DNA of 64,000 nt, taken from assembly GCA_964515375.1 (NCBI GenBank), contig CAZERF010000006.1:16133-80132 (forward strand). Direction: 5' to 3'. The notes under the pieces are model-generated. The model was not told where the DNA came from. It did no database searches and saw nothing but the letters and a program-made list of their open reading frames with translations. This stretch comes from an uncultured Candidatus Saccharibacteria bacterium (GTDB lineage Bacteria > Patescibacteriota > Minisyncoccia > Phycocordibacterales > UBA6899). This document shows positions 1 through 10,629 of the stretch, one piece after another (within the stretch, counting starts at the first letter, position 1; each line of letters opens with the position of its first letter). The position numbers and the translations under genes were made by a program.

Positions 1-1719
1 CGCGTTTCCGGAGACCTTGTCGTAAAGGGAACACTGGAGTGCTCCGAGAATACCGCTCTTCGCGGACCCCTTCTCGTGGAAGCGGGTGGTACGCTCACCA
101 TCAACGGGACATTGCGCTGCGTGAGCGGAGAAGAAACCATCAACACAAATGGGAGGGGTATCGCGCTCAAGGCGAAGAATATCATCATGAGCGATACCTC
201 CTCCATTATCACAAACGGGAGTTTTGAGATCGTAACAAACGAAAAGCAATTACTCGCACCGGAAGATGTCGCGCGATTCTTTTCGAGCATCGAACAGCCG
301 GAAGAGCGAGCGACCGCGATCGGCCCCCTTCAGACGAAAGAAGAACGGACGGAGCACAATGCAAATCCCTCCCCACTTTCCTCCCCCGACAGTATCCTCG
401 CGGGAACATGGCACATCGGAGACACACAAGCGCTCACACCGAAAAAAGGAGAAGCTCCCCGCGCGGTCCCGACATACCCGTTCATTCGGATCGATCTCGA
501 AGAGCGCGCTGTATACGTTAAAAACCTTACAGTCTATGGAGCACACGGAAAAAACGGTTCTGCCGTTGATGAGCGCTGCACCGCAACAGGAACAAACGGT
601 GGAGATGCCGGGCGACTTTTCCTTCGTTCAAAAGAACTCACTGTCGATGCGCTGCAACTCGAGCTTGGGAGTGGAGGACAGGGAGGCAGTGCCGTCGCTC
701 AGGGGTCATGCCAAAATGCAATAGCACGAGGAGGTGACGCCGGACGATCCGGAAACTTCAAACTCACCGCCGACCGGATCGTACTCACTCGCCTTACGGT
801 CAGTTCTGGAGGAGGAGGCAAGGGCGGAGACGCGACGGCGCGCGGGGAGAGCAAAAGCACATCATCGACATGTTCGAGCGATAACGGAGGGAGTGCCGAC
901 GCGATAGGAGGTCGTGGAGGCGACGACCTGCGGGCACTTCGTCTTTCGGGAAACATTACCGGAATAGAATTCATCACGATCTCACGCGCAGAGGGTGGTG
1001 CCGGAGGCAACGCGATCGCACAGGGTGGCGCGGGTAGTAATACCTCAACTTGCGGATGCAAAGGCGGAAATGGAGGAAATGCACGCGCGATCGGAGGAGA
1101 AGGCGGAGACGCACGAGTGACTCTTGTGTCAAGGAACGGAGAATCTCACGGTGGAGACGGAGGAAACGCCAACGCAGAAGGCGGTTCAGGAGGATGGGGC
1201 GGCTCCTGCGCAACAGACAAACCAGGAGGCGATGGGGGGCATGGCGGAGACGCACGGAGTATCACCGGAAGTGGCGGACAAGGACACACTCGCGCGGGTG
1301 AGGGAGGCGAACTACGTACCGTCGGAGGAGCGGGCGGTGACGGCGGCGAAGGATGTCCACCAGGAGCGGGAATGCTTGGCGGGGTAGGGGCTCCCAATGG
1401 AGTACGCGGCAAAGAAGGAGTACATCGATGCCCCACGTCGGTACAGACCCCAAAACCTGTCCCGGATGAACGGCCAAAGACAAAAGCGATCCTCTATCGC
1501 GGTCATTATCTCCCCGAGACTCAACTTCGGATCACAACATCGACCGGGTGTACGGAACCCCACTGGAGGCCGCTTGATTATAGTATTACCGCAACTGACG
1601 ATACGGTCATCGAAGACCCCATCGCGCCGTGCGGATTCGGAAAAGTAAGCGATATTCCCCTCTCTGATATTCCAGATATCTATTTCGTCGGAACATCAAC
1701 ACTTCCTCTTGAGGACTGA
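1..1719 (+). CDS. Glycine-rich, Cys-containing probable surface protein (5'-truncated by window)
   Basis: Frame is open from base 1 (RVSGDLVVKGTLEC...); ~250 aa of GGxGGxAxAxGG repeats with spaced Cys; small C-terminal C..HW..DP..CGFGK domain. Confidence 0.75.
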   Translation, partial: RVSGDLVVKGTLECSENTALRGPLLVEAGGTLTINGTLRCVSGEETINTNGRGIALKAKNIIMSDTSSIITNGSFEIVTNEKQLLAPEDVARFFSSIEQPEERATAIGPLQTKEERTEHNANPSPLSSPDSILAGTWHIGDTQALTPKKGEAPRAVPTYPFIRIDLEERAVYVKNLTVYGAHGKNGSAVDERCTATGTNGGDAGRLFLRSKELTVDALQLELGSGGQGGSAVAQGSCQNAIARGGDAGRSGNFKLTADRIVLTRLTVSSGGGGKGGDATARGESKSTSSTCSSDNGGSADAIGGRGGDDLRALRLSGNITGIEFITISRAEGGAGGNAIAQGGAGSNTSTCGCKGGNGGNARAIGGEGGDARVTLVSRNGESHGGDGGNANAEGGSGGWGGSCATDKPGGDGGHGGDARSITGSGGQGHTRAGEGGELRTVGGAGGDGGEGCPPGAGMLGGVGAPNGVRGKEGVHRCPTSVQTPKPVPDERPKTKAILYRGHYLPETQLRITTSTGCTEPHWRPLDYSITATDDTVIEDPIAPCGFGKVSDIPLSDIPDIYFVGTSTLPLED

Positions 1720-1976
1720 CCACCCTGACGTCGCGCTGTCGGAGGAACTTCATCATCATAGACACGAAACACTTTGGTCGGCGTTGTGCGACCGCGGATC
1801 AAGCGTATTCGTTCACCGGGAACTCCGAAGTGTTTCGAAAGCAATTCGCGCGCTCGCTCATTCGCTCTCCCCTCTTTCCTCGGCTCCGCAACAGAGATCA
1901 GAAAATGACCATCCTTGCGCACAAGTGCAACCTCTTTTTTTGCCCCAACCAACACCTTCACGTGAACATCTCTCAT
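1680..1976 (-). CDS. DUF167/YggU family protein
   Basis: VKV..GAKK...ISVAEPRKEGRANE...LSKHFGVP...IRLIRGRTTPTKVF pattern; start moved to ATG 1976. Confidence 0.75.
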   Translation of the reverse strand: MRDVHVKVLVGAKKEVALVRKDGHFLISVAEPRKEGRANERARELLSKHFGVPGERIRLIRGRTTPTKVFRVYDDEVPPTARRQGGQSSRGSVDVPTK

Positions 1977-2016
1977 ACTGCCATTACAGCAGTATATTCC
2001 AAGTAGCACAAGAAGG

Positions 2017-2045
2017 TTGACAATCGCATCATCCTTCGGTACCCT
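2017..2045 (+). promoter_or_regulatory. Sigma70-like promoter
   Basis: TTGACA-17 bp-TACCCT. Confidence 0.5.
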
Positions 2046-2093
2046 CGAAAAGGAATCTGCAATTCTTTTTTCACTGTACACACGAGGTGCCCC

Positions 2094-2372
2094 ATGGAAT
2101 GCCTTCCTCTTAGCAAGAACGTGTTTCACTCAGCAAAACAGTTCTCGAATGCACGTTTTGCGCCCTCACTAGACAACCTCTTTTCGCTGATGGATGAATC
2201 GATGCCTGTTAAATACAGGGGAAATTTTGTCCTTCCACCGCTTGATCCTTCCGCGAAAAAGACGCTTCTCTGTCACGCACACCACAAACAGATCACGCTC
2301 ACTCTCGCGAACAAAACCTTCGTGCAAGACGGCGTCCTTTTTTGTTTCTCAGAAGTACGAGTGATCTCATGA
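2094..2372 (+). CDS. Small hypothetical protein (92 aa)
   Basis: Upstream promoter, GAGGTG SD before ATG, downstream terminator. Confidence 0.5.
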   Translation: MECLPLSKNVFHSAKQFSNARFAPSLDNLFSLMDESMPVKYRGNFVLPPLDPSAKKTLLCHAHHKQITLTLANKTFVQDGVLFCFSEVRVIS

Positions 2373-2390
2373 GAAGCAACGATCATCACC

Positions 2391-2416
2391 AAGCCCCAAA
2401 ATATGGGGGCTTTTTT
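2391..2416 (+). terminator. Intrinsic terminator
   Basis: AAGCCCC...GGGGCTTTTTT hairpin plus U-tract. Confidence 0.7.
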
Positions 2417-2544
2417 ACAACATGTAACACGCCGCAAAATAAAGAGTAAAGTGACGAAAAAAACAATAGTGTGTAAGAATTCACCATGTAAAACGTCTCC
2501 ATCATTATGGTGACAGGCACAATATTATTCATTCATACTTGATC

Positions 2545-3756
2545 ATGAAAAGAACTCTTATTACCCTCTTCGCGACCTCGCTCCTTTTCGTCGGAGCGAC
2601 CGCGTCCGCCAATACGGGCACAAACGCGATGACCGTCGAGCAATTGATCGCGCAACTCAAAGCGCAGATCGCAGCACTGACGACTCAGATCGAAACGCTC
2701 AAGGCGGCACAACAAAATGTTTCCACATCAAAACAGTCGGTCAACGAGACTCTCCGGCTCATTGGAGACATGAGGGAAGGAATGACGAGTGAGGAGGTCA
2801 CACTACTTCAGACAACGCTTGCCGGAGACCCGACCCTCTACCCTGAAGGAAAGATCACCGGATACTACGGCGCACTCACCGCCAAGGCGATCAAGCGCTT
2901 CCAGAAGAAATATGGGATTACGGAGACCGGCAAGGTTGACGCAAAGACCCGCGAAGAGCTGAACAAGTTCATCAAGGAAACAGGACTCGCCAAGGAGAAC
3001 GGAAAACTTTGCATTCCTCCGGGACACCTCGTCGCTCCGGGCTGGCTCAAGAAAGAAGCGAAGGAGAAGAAAGGCAAGGGAAACGGAGTCATACAGTGGA
3101 GCAAGGAAGACGTCCTCCTCCCCCTCTGCAATGCGAAGGCGAGCTCGACCCCGACGACAGGAAAAGACACTGTCGCGCCAACGATCTCCACATTCACCAT
3201 CTCCGGATTGACCGCAAATACGGCAGCGATCGCATGGACAACCAACGAACACACCGCGTCGAAGGTCTTTGTGAGCACCGTCTCCCCTGTGGCAACCGCG
3301 ACCGCGGCGTGGACCGACACGACGTACACCCTCGCGCACAACGCGACACTCTCGGGACTTACGGCAAATACGCTCTATTACTTCCTTGTTGAAGCAAAGG
3401 ATGCCGCGGGCAACGTAACGATGAGCACGCAAGGAACTTTCACGACAAGTGCGATCGCTGACACAACCGCCCCGACGATTTCGGCAATGAGCGCGACCGC
3501 GACAGGGTCGACGACGGCAACCATCGCATGGACGACGAACGAAAGCGCGTCGAGCAAGGTCTACTTCGGCACGACGAGCCCGCTTAGCCTCGCGACCGCA
3601 CCCTTCGTCTTCGACGCGACACTGCGCACGACGCATAGCATGAACCTTGTCGGACTCACGACCGGAACCGTGCATTACGTAGTAGTGGAATCAAAAGACG
3701 CCGCAAATAATGCTGCGATCGGAACACCGCTTTCGTTCACAACAACCGCGATCTAA
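2545..3756 (+). CDS. Secreted peptidoglycan-binding protein with two fibronectin-III-like repeats
   Basis: Signal peptide, coiled coil, PG_binding_1 motif (EEVTLLQ..L...TGYYGALTAKAIKRFQ), two DTxAPTIS...AWTTNE...H...L.GL repeats. Confidence 0.85.
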   Translation: MKRTLITLFATSLLFVGATASANTGTNAMTVEQLIAQLKAQIAALTTQIETLKAAQQNVSTSKQSVNETLRLIGDMREGMTSEEVTLLQTTLAGDPTLYPEGKITGYYGALTAKAIKRFQKKYGITETGKVDAKTREELNKFIKETGLAKENGKLCIPPGHLVAPGWLKKEAKEKKGKGNGVIQWSKEDVLLPLCNAKASSTPTTGKDTVAPTISTFTISGLTANTAAIAWTTNEHTASKVFVSTVSPVATATAAWTDTTYTLAHNATLSGLTANTLYYFLVEAKDAAGNVTMSTQGTFTTSAIADTTAPTISAMSATATGSTTATIAWTTNESASSKVYFGTTSPLSLATAPFVFDATLRTTHSMNLVGLTTGTVHYVVVESKDAANNAAIGTPLSFTTTAI

Positions 3757-3776
3757 AAAGACGTCACAAACATACA

Positions 3777-3808
3777 GAAAAACACCGCGCCTTCGTGCGG
3801 TGTTTTTC
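3777..3808. terminator. Intrinsic terminator
   Basis: GAAAAACACCGCGC-CTTC-GTGCGGTGTTTTTC. Confidence 0.75.
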
Positions 3809-3848
3809 ATATCGCAAAGTACACGGCTCTGTAGTAGGATAAAGCGAC

Positions 3849-5105
3849 ATGAGCAACGAGCACAAGAATCATACGGGGTGGGACGTGATCATCGTCGGAG
3901 GAGGTCCTGCGGGGATGATGGCAGCAGGACGAGCCGCGGAGCTCGGGAAGCATGTGCTTCTCCTCGAAAAGAACCCCGGGCTCGGAGCCAAACTCCTCAT
4001 CACCGGAGGTGGTCGCTCGAACATCACCAACAACATGACCGACGTCCGTGCATTTCTCGGGCGTTTCCCCGAAAGTGCGAAGTTCCTTTATTCCCCCTTT
4101 TCACAGTTTGGGGTAACCGAAACACTCGACTTCTTTCATGAGCACGGCATGCCGACCAAGCAAGAAGCCGAGGGGCGCGTCTTCCCCGCTACCGAAAAAG
4201 CGGCAACCGTCCAAGAAACGCTCATTGTGTACATGCGCGAATATGATGTTACTGTGCGCACGAACGCGCGGGTCGAAGGATTTGAGGTCGAAGAGAGCGA
4301 CGTGCGCGGAGTACGCCTTGCCGGAGGAGAGATCTTGCGCGCGCGCTCGTTCGTTCTTGCGACAGGAGGACTCTCGCACCCCGAAACAGGGTCAACCGGA
4401 GACGGATTTCGGTTCATGGAAGCGATCGGATGTCGCGTGCAAAAACAAGGAGCGATCCTCGTCCCCATCCGCACAAAAGAAGTGTGGACACACGCGTTTT
4501 CCGGTATTGCCTTCCCCGAGGCAAAGGTCACCATCACCCGAGACGGCGCAAAACAATATGCACGCGCCGGAAAACTCCTCTTTACGCATTTCGGATTAAG
4601 CGGGCCACTTATCTTGAACATGAGTAAAATGATCGGCGATCTTCTTCCGGAGGGACGCATCACACTCCTTGTCGACCTCTTCCCCTCGCATGACCCCGGA
4701 TCGCTCGACCGCATGATCCGTGACCTTGTTGATTCTTCTCCACGCAAACAGATCGGGAAGATTCTCTCGGAAATACTTCCCCGAGCACTTGCGGAAGCAC
4801 TTCCTGGACAATGCGACCTCAACCCAAACACTCCGGCAAATGAGCTTGGAAAAAGTGAGCGCATGAAACTCGCGCAATTCGCCAAGGCGATTCCGCTCAC
4901 TCCAACCGGACTTCTCGGTGCGAATAATGCGATCGTGACCGCGGGAGGAGTTCCTCTTGCCGACGTAGACACAAGAACAATGTCCTCACGACACTATCCC
5001 AACCTTTTTCTGGTCGGTGATGTTCTCGATGTAAATCGCCCCTCAGGAGGATTTTCTCTTCAACTCTGCTGGACCACCGGCTGGGTCGCCGGAAGTCACG
5101 CATAG
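3849..5105 (+). CDS. HI0933/YhiN/BaiN-family flavoprotein
   Basis: GGGPAG FAD motif, GAKLLITGGGRSNITN, ATGG, LFTHFGLSGP, VTAGGV, GGFSLQLCWTTG. Confidence 0.9.
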   Translation: MSNEHKNHTGWDVIIVGGGPAGMMAAGRAAELGKHVLLLEKNPGLGAKLLITGGGRSNITNNMTDVRAFLGRFPESAKFLYSPFSQFGVTETLDFFHEHGMPTKQEAEGRVFPATEKAATVQETLIVYMREYDVTVRTNARVEGFEVEESDVRGVRLAGGEILRARSFVLATGGLSHPETGSTGDGFRFMEAIGCRVQKQGAILVPIRTKEVWTHAFSGIAFPEAKVTITRDGAKQYARAGKLLFTHFGLSGPLILNMSKMIGDLLPEGRITLLVDLFPSHDPGSLDRMIRDLVDSSPRKQIGKILSEILPRALAEALPGQCDLNPNTPANELGKSERMKLAQFAKAIPLTPTGLLGANNAIVTAGGVPLADVDTRTMSSRHYPNLFLVGDVLDVNRPSGGFSLQLCWTTGWVAGSHA

Positions 5106-5108
5106 CAG

Positions 5109-6437
<1,329 letters not shown>

Positions 6438-6483
6438 TCAGTGTACCACAACGAGATGTCTCAATGTAGCAACACGCAACAAT

Positions 6484-8181
6484 CTATTCACCGGCAAATA
6501 GTCGCGCGAGACGGATATCCTCGAACGACACTTCATCATTCAGGAGTCGCTTCACGGGGGTGAGTCGTCCTTCTTCCTCCGTTCCCTCGATCTCTTTAAA
6601 CGCGTCACGAACTCGCGCAATGAGCCCGCTCGGAAAGGTTGCCTTCAAGTGCGTAATGTCGGGAGGTGTATCACCATGAAGTAATTCTTCGATGTGCTTT
6701 ACGATCGTCCCAAACGTAAGCCCCCGGATCGCAATGATCTCCGCGACACTCTTCCCTTCTGCAAGTAACGCGCGTGTGACCTCGCGCGAATGGATCTTTC
6801 CCGCACGTTCATCGTGCTCATCAGAAGAATCCGCCCGCACTTCTCCTTTCTTTGGAAATCTTCCTCCACATGCGCTCACGAAGTTATGGTGCATAAGCGA
6901 AAGATCCTTCGGCTCCATCCCTTCGAACGCCTGAGCGGTGATCGTCGACGCCTCACGAAAGACGCGGTCGTGTTCAAGCACAAGCGGGTGCACCTCAAGC
7001 GCTCGAGCATTGATTCCCTTCAAATGAAGGCCCGCGAGCGTCCGCACACGCGAGAGCGCGACATACCCCTGCCCATACTCAAACGCACGAGAGAGATCCA
7101 TGATCGCCGCATCCATGCTCATTCCTTGACTCTTGTGGATCGTGATCGCCCACGCGAGGCGGAGCGGGATCTGATTCAGTTTCGCCAACGTCTTCCCTTC
7201 TTCCTCGATCGCCCATTCGGCCGGTCCCGCCGTGACCTCCTCTCCGTCGCGTGTTTCCACGACAGGAAAGCCCGTCTCTTCGTCAAAACGCACAACAATA
7301 CCGAGCGTGCCGTTCACGTATCCCGCGTCAAAATTGTTCTTCGTAAACATGACGACCGCCCCCTCTTTGAGCGCAAGCTCCTCCGGAGAAAGGCACCCTT
7401 TCTTCATCTGCTCCACAAGCGTCGACCTGCCGTGCGCGAGCATGCGAAACACTTCGGTCTTCCCGGCAAGCCGACCAAGCTCCTCGAGATTTTTCCGATC
7501 GACGTCCATGTTGTGCGTGAAAAGATGCGGCACGTCGTCGGGATGTTCGTCTCCGGGGGTGTGGCGATCGGAGAGACATTCGTACACCGCATCGTCCACA
7601 TCGCCACGACGAATTGCGCCCAGTGTTGAAAGGAACGTCATATCATCTTGACGATGTTGCTCGGAGAGATAACACACGAGGGGATTGAGCTTCGCCCACA
7701 CGGAAGACTCAAACGCGAACTGCTTGGGCACTTCCCCCATCTTCGCGATCGGCGGAAGTTGAAAGAAATCACCGACAAGCACAACCTGAAGTCCACCAAA
7801 AGGTTCCTCGGATCGACGGAGCGAGCGAGTGACCTCTTCCACCATCGCAAGCGTCGCACCGTCCAACATCGACACTTCATCAATGATGAGCACCTTCGCC
7901 CGCGTGATACGCTTGACCAACGGCTCCCTCATCGAAAGGTCATCAAGATCTCGATCGGTGAGCGTACGACGAATACCGATCCCGCTCCATGAATGGATCG
8001 TCATGCCACCCACATGTGTCGCGGCGATTCCGGTCGACGCAGTGATGGAGGGAGCGATGTCGTGCTCGCGCAGGTAGCGCACATAAGCATTCACGGTATG
8101 CGTCTTGCCACTTCCCGGCTCACCGGTCAAAAAGACGTTCGCCCCTGTCTTTAGTATTTCAAGTGCCGTTTCCTGTCGCAT
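6484..8181 (-). CDS. PIF1-family DNA helicase with C-terminal HTH
   Basis: GEPGSGKT, ASTGIAA, IIDEVSM, PFGGLQVVLVGDFFQLPP, LAWAITIHKSQG, GQGYVALSR. Confidence 0.9.
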   Translation of the reverse strand: MRQETALEILKTGANVFLTGEPGSGKTHTVNAYVRYLREHDIAPSITASTGIAATHVGGMTIHSWSGIGIRRTLTDRDLDDLSMREPLVKRITRAKVLIIDEVSMLDGATLAMVEEVTRSLRRSEEPFGGLQVVLVGDFFQLPPIAKMGEVPKQFAFESSVWAKLNPLVCYLSEQHRQDDMTFLSTLGAIRRGDVDDAVYECLSDRHTPGDEHPDDVPHLFTHNMDVDRKNLEELGRLAGKTEVFRMLAHGRSTLVEQMKKGCLSPEELALKEGAVVMFTKNNFDAGYVNGTLGIVVRFDEETGFPVVETRDGEEVTAGPAEWAIEEEGKTLAKLNQIPLRLAWAITIHKSQGMSMDAAIMDLSRAFEYGQGYVALSRVRTLAGLHLKGINARALEVHPLVLEHDRVFREASTITAQAFEGMEPKDLSLMHHNFVSACGGRFPKKGEVRADSSDEHDERAGKIHSREVTRALLAEGKSVAEIIAIRGLTFGTIVKHIEELLHGDTPPDITHLKATFPSGLIARVRDAFKEIEGTEEEGRLTPVKRLLNDEVSFEDIRLARLFAGE

Positions 8182-8341
8182 ATCTGACTAGCATACGTGT
8201 ATTTGAGAGGCGGAGCAAGAATACCAGTTTGGACTAAGGCAAGGCGGTATTATCGACATCTTGATCATTTTGTGGTTACATTCGCAAAGATGTCATCCGT
8301 CACTTCACAAGAAGTGCCCGAACGAACAACCGGAGAATTTT

Positions 8342-8560
8342 ATGACCACATTTCGTCGAGAAGTGTTTCACCCTCACCCCATTGCGCGAATTTTCGTGGA
8401 GACGACCACTCCTCTCACTACCGAGTTGTTGGATACCCTGCGTGGCATTCCAGGAATCTCGGAAGCAACCAAACACCACTCCTGCCTTGTGAGCGTGCGA
8501 CCCACCACCGAAGAAGACTGCGCTGGAGTAGCGAAGAAACTCTCCGAGCTCCTCAAATAA
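8342..8560 (+). CDS. Small hypothetical protein, paralog 1 (72 aa; resembles Nfu_N/ferredoxin-like alpha/beta domain)
   Basis: GGAG SD, own promoter and terminator; gapless alignment to 8737..9069. Confidence 0.65.
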   Translation: MTTFRREVFHPHPIARIFVETTTPLTTELLDTLRGIPGISEATKHHSCLVSVRPTTEEDCAGVAKKLSELLK

Positions 8561-8614
8561 CCCCCCCCACGCCGGGAACACAAAGCGGCCTCACTGAGGT
8601 CGCTTTTTCTTTAC
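8545..8614 (+). repeat. Direct repeat copy 1 (last codons, stop, terminator)
   Basis: CGAGCTCCTCAAATAA...AAAGCGGCCTCACTGAGGTCGCTTTTTCTTTAC, near-identical to 9054..9121. Confidence 0.9.
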
Positions 8615-8646
8615 CCACGAGGAGGTTGAATGTACCCAAAAAATAC

Positions 8647-8675
8647 TTGACAGTATGAATGTTTTATGCTAGTAT
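8647..8675 (+). promoter_or_regulatory. Sigma70 promoter
   Basis: TTGACA-17 bp-TAGTAT with extended TG. Confidence 0.7.
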
Positions 8676-8736
8676 GCAAACAGATGCATCATGGTCACTT
8701 CATGGTGGAGTGGTCAAAATCCAACCGGAGAACGTC

Positions 8737-9069
8737 ATGTCTTTGAACCTTCGCGCCCTCGCTACCCTCCTTTTCCTCTCCCTCATGGTGCCGCTTGCGG
8801 CGCTGGCGGGAGGACTTCCCCCTTGCCCCGTGGCAAAAGCAGTGAAGTGCAGCGAGAACGTTGCACTGGTGTCTCGCGACTCACCCAGCGGTCCGTCCAT
8901 ATGGGTTCACACAAAACAGCGAGTGACAACAGAAAAACTCGATGCGATAAAAAAAATGGAGGGAGTTGCATTCGCAACGACCTACAGCGACTACCTCGTA
9001 GCGGTTGAGCGGGCACCGATGGTGCCCGAGAACGAGCTCGTCGAGAAGATCTACGAGCTCCTCAAATAA
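8737..9069 (+). CDS. Secreted hypothetical protein, paralog 2 (110 aa)
   Basis: GGAG SD; signal peptide ending ALA; Cys pair; C-terminal domain homologous to 8342..8560. Confidence 0.7.
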   Translation: MSLNLRALATLLFLSLMVPLAALAGGLPPCPVAKAVKCSENVALVSRDSPSGPSIWVHTKQRVTTEKLDAIKKMEGVAFATTYSDYLVAVERAPMVPENELVEKIYELLK

Positions 9070-9121
9070 CCACCCCACGACGGGAACCAAAGCGGCCTCA
9101 CTGAGGTCGCTTTTTCTTTAC
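9054..9121 (+). repeat. Direct repeat copy 2 (last codons, stop, terminator)
   Basis: Near-identical to 8545..8614. Confidence 0.9.
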
Positions 9122-9138
9122 TGCATGTTAATCCCTTT

Positions 9139-10587
9139 TTACTTCTCAAGATCAAGCACCTGGTCGATGCGGATCTGCTTTACGAATTCGGGAACGTGCG
9201 AAACAAGGACCATCGTCCCCTCATATTGATCAAGCGCTTTTGCGATGACGGGGATATGGCGGAAATTGATATGGTTGGTGGGCTCGTCGAGAATAAGGAG
9301 TCCCGGACGCTCAAGTACCAAACGCGCGAAGGCAACAAGTCCCTTCTGCCCTTCCGAAAGCGCGCCGATCTTGGTGTGGACCAACTCCTTCGTGATCAAG
9401 AACCCCGCAGCGACACGACGCAACTCTTCTTCATTCTCCTTCTTCATCACCCCCGCAAGCGACTGATAGACCGTGTCTTCAAAATTGAGCGTTGAAAAAT
9501 CCTGTCGGTAATATCCCACGCGAACCCCTTCTGCGATCTTTGCCCCTTTGGCGGTCCCCTGCGCGAGCGACTCAAGGAGTGTTGATTTGCCGATCCCGTT
9601 CGGGCCCTGCAAGAGGAGGTGCTGTTTCTTGCGCAAGGCAAGATGGATCTTCTTTTCTTTGGGCTTGTGATCCTTCATGATCGTGAGCGACTCGATCGTA
9701 AGGACGTCCCCGATGAACTCGATATCCGCGGGAATCTGGAACGGTCGGATCGTCTTGTCCTCCTTGCGCACATCGACAAGCTCGTCCTCCATGTCCGCCG
9801 CCTTTTCACGCATTCGCTTCGCGAGCGCGCGCATATTGCCTCCCTTATGCGAAAAGACGTTCGCCTGATCCTTGTTCGCCTGGATCTCCTTTGCCAAAAG
9901 TGCATTCTTGCGATTCTCTTTTTCAATGCGCACAACGATCTCCTTCACGACATCATTGTAATTACCGGAATACTGCTCGAGTTTGCGCGTGTGGACATCA
10001 AGATAAAAGACTCCTTCGGTGAACGCGTTCAAGAAATGCGCGTCATGCGAGATGACGATAACCGTCTTGTCGTAGTTCGTCAAAAATTCGGTGAGATGCG
10101 CGATGCCCGCTTTGTCGAGATTGTTTGTCGGCTCATCAAGGAGAAGGATGTCGGGGTTCTGAATGAGCGCGGAAGCGAGCAAAAGCCGCGCCTGCTGTCC
10201 GCCGGAGAAGGAGCGCACGATGCGCTCATGTGGCGCATGAAGATTGACCACCTCGAGGACCGCGTCGATCTTGGGGTCGATGTCGTAAACCTTTTTCGCA
10301 AAACACTTCGCGAAAAAATCGCGAACAGAAAGATCGAGCTCCTCACGAGGGATCACTTGTCGCGCGATCGCAACACTCGTACCGTGGGCGATGATGAGTC
10401 GCCCTGAATCGGGTTTGTGTTTCCCGGTAATGAGCCCGAAGATCGTACTCTTCCCCGCCCCATTCTGGCCCATAAGCGCAAACTTGCTTCCGCGACGCAG
10501 GGAAATACTCACCTCATCCAAAATGGGCTTGTTGTGATTGTATTCGAATGAGCAATCCTCAAAACGTAGTACGACTTCTCCTGACAT
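9139..10587 (-). CDS. ABC-F family ATPase
   Basis: Two NBDs (GQNGAGKST, GPNGIGKST; LDEPTN twice), no TM segments. Confidence 0.9.
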   Translation of the reverse strand: MSGEVVLRFEDCSFEYNHNKPILDEVSISLRRGSKFALMGQNGAGKSTIFGLITGKHKPDSGRLIIAHGTSVAIARQVIPREELDLSVRDFFAKCFAKKVYDIDPKIDAVLEVVNLHAPHERIVRSFSGGQQARLLLASALIQNPDILLLDEPTNNLDKAGIAHLTEFLTNYDKTVIVISHDAHFLNAFTEGVFYLDVHTRKLEQYSGNYNDVVKEIVVRIEKENRKNALLAKEIQANKDQANVFSHKGGNMRALAKRMREKAADMEDELVDVRKEDKTIRPFQIPADIEFIGDVLTIESLTIMKDHKPKEKKIHLALRKKQHLLLQGPNGIGKSTLLESLAQGTAKGAKIAEGVRVGYYRQDFSTLNFEDTVYQSLAGVMKKENEEELRRVAAGFLITKELVHTKIGALSEGQKGLVAFARLVLERPGLLILDEPTNHINFRHIPVIAKALDQYEGTMVLVSHVPEFVKQIRIDQVLDLEK

Positions 10588-10629
10588 TTATCCTACGTTA
10601 CCCCAAAACGCGAAAAAATGAAAGCCTTG

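Noticed and set aside
8545-9121. Integron attC cassettes or DGR template/variable repeats
   Set aside because: No RYYYAAC/GTTRRRY ends, no integrase or reverse transcriptase, and differences are not a consistent one-directional adenine pattern.
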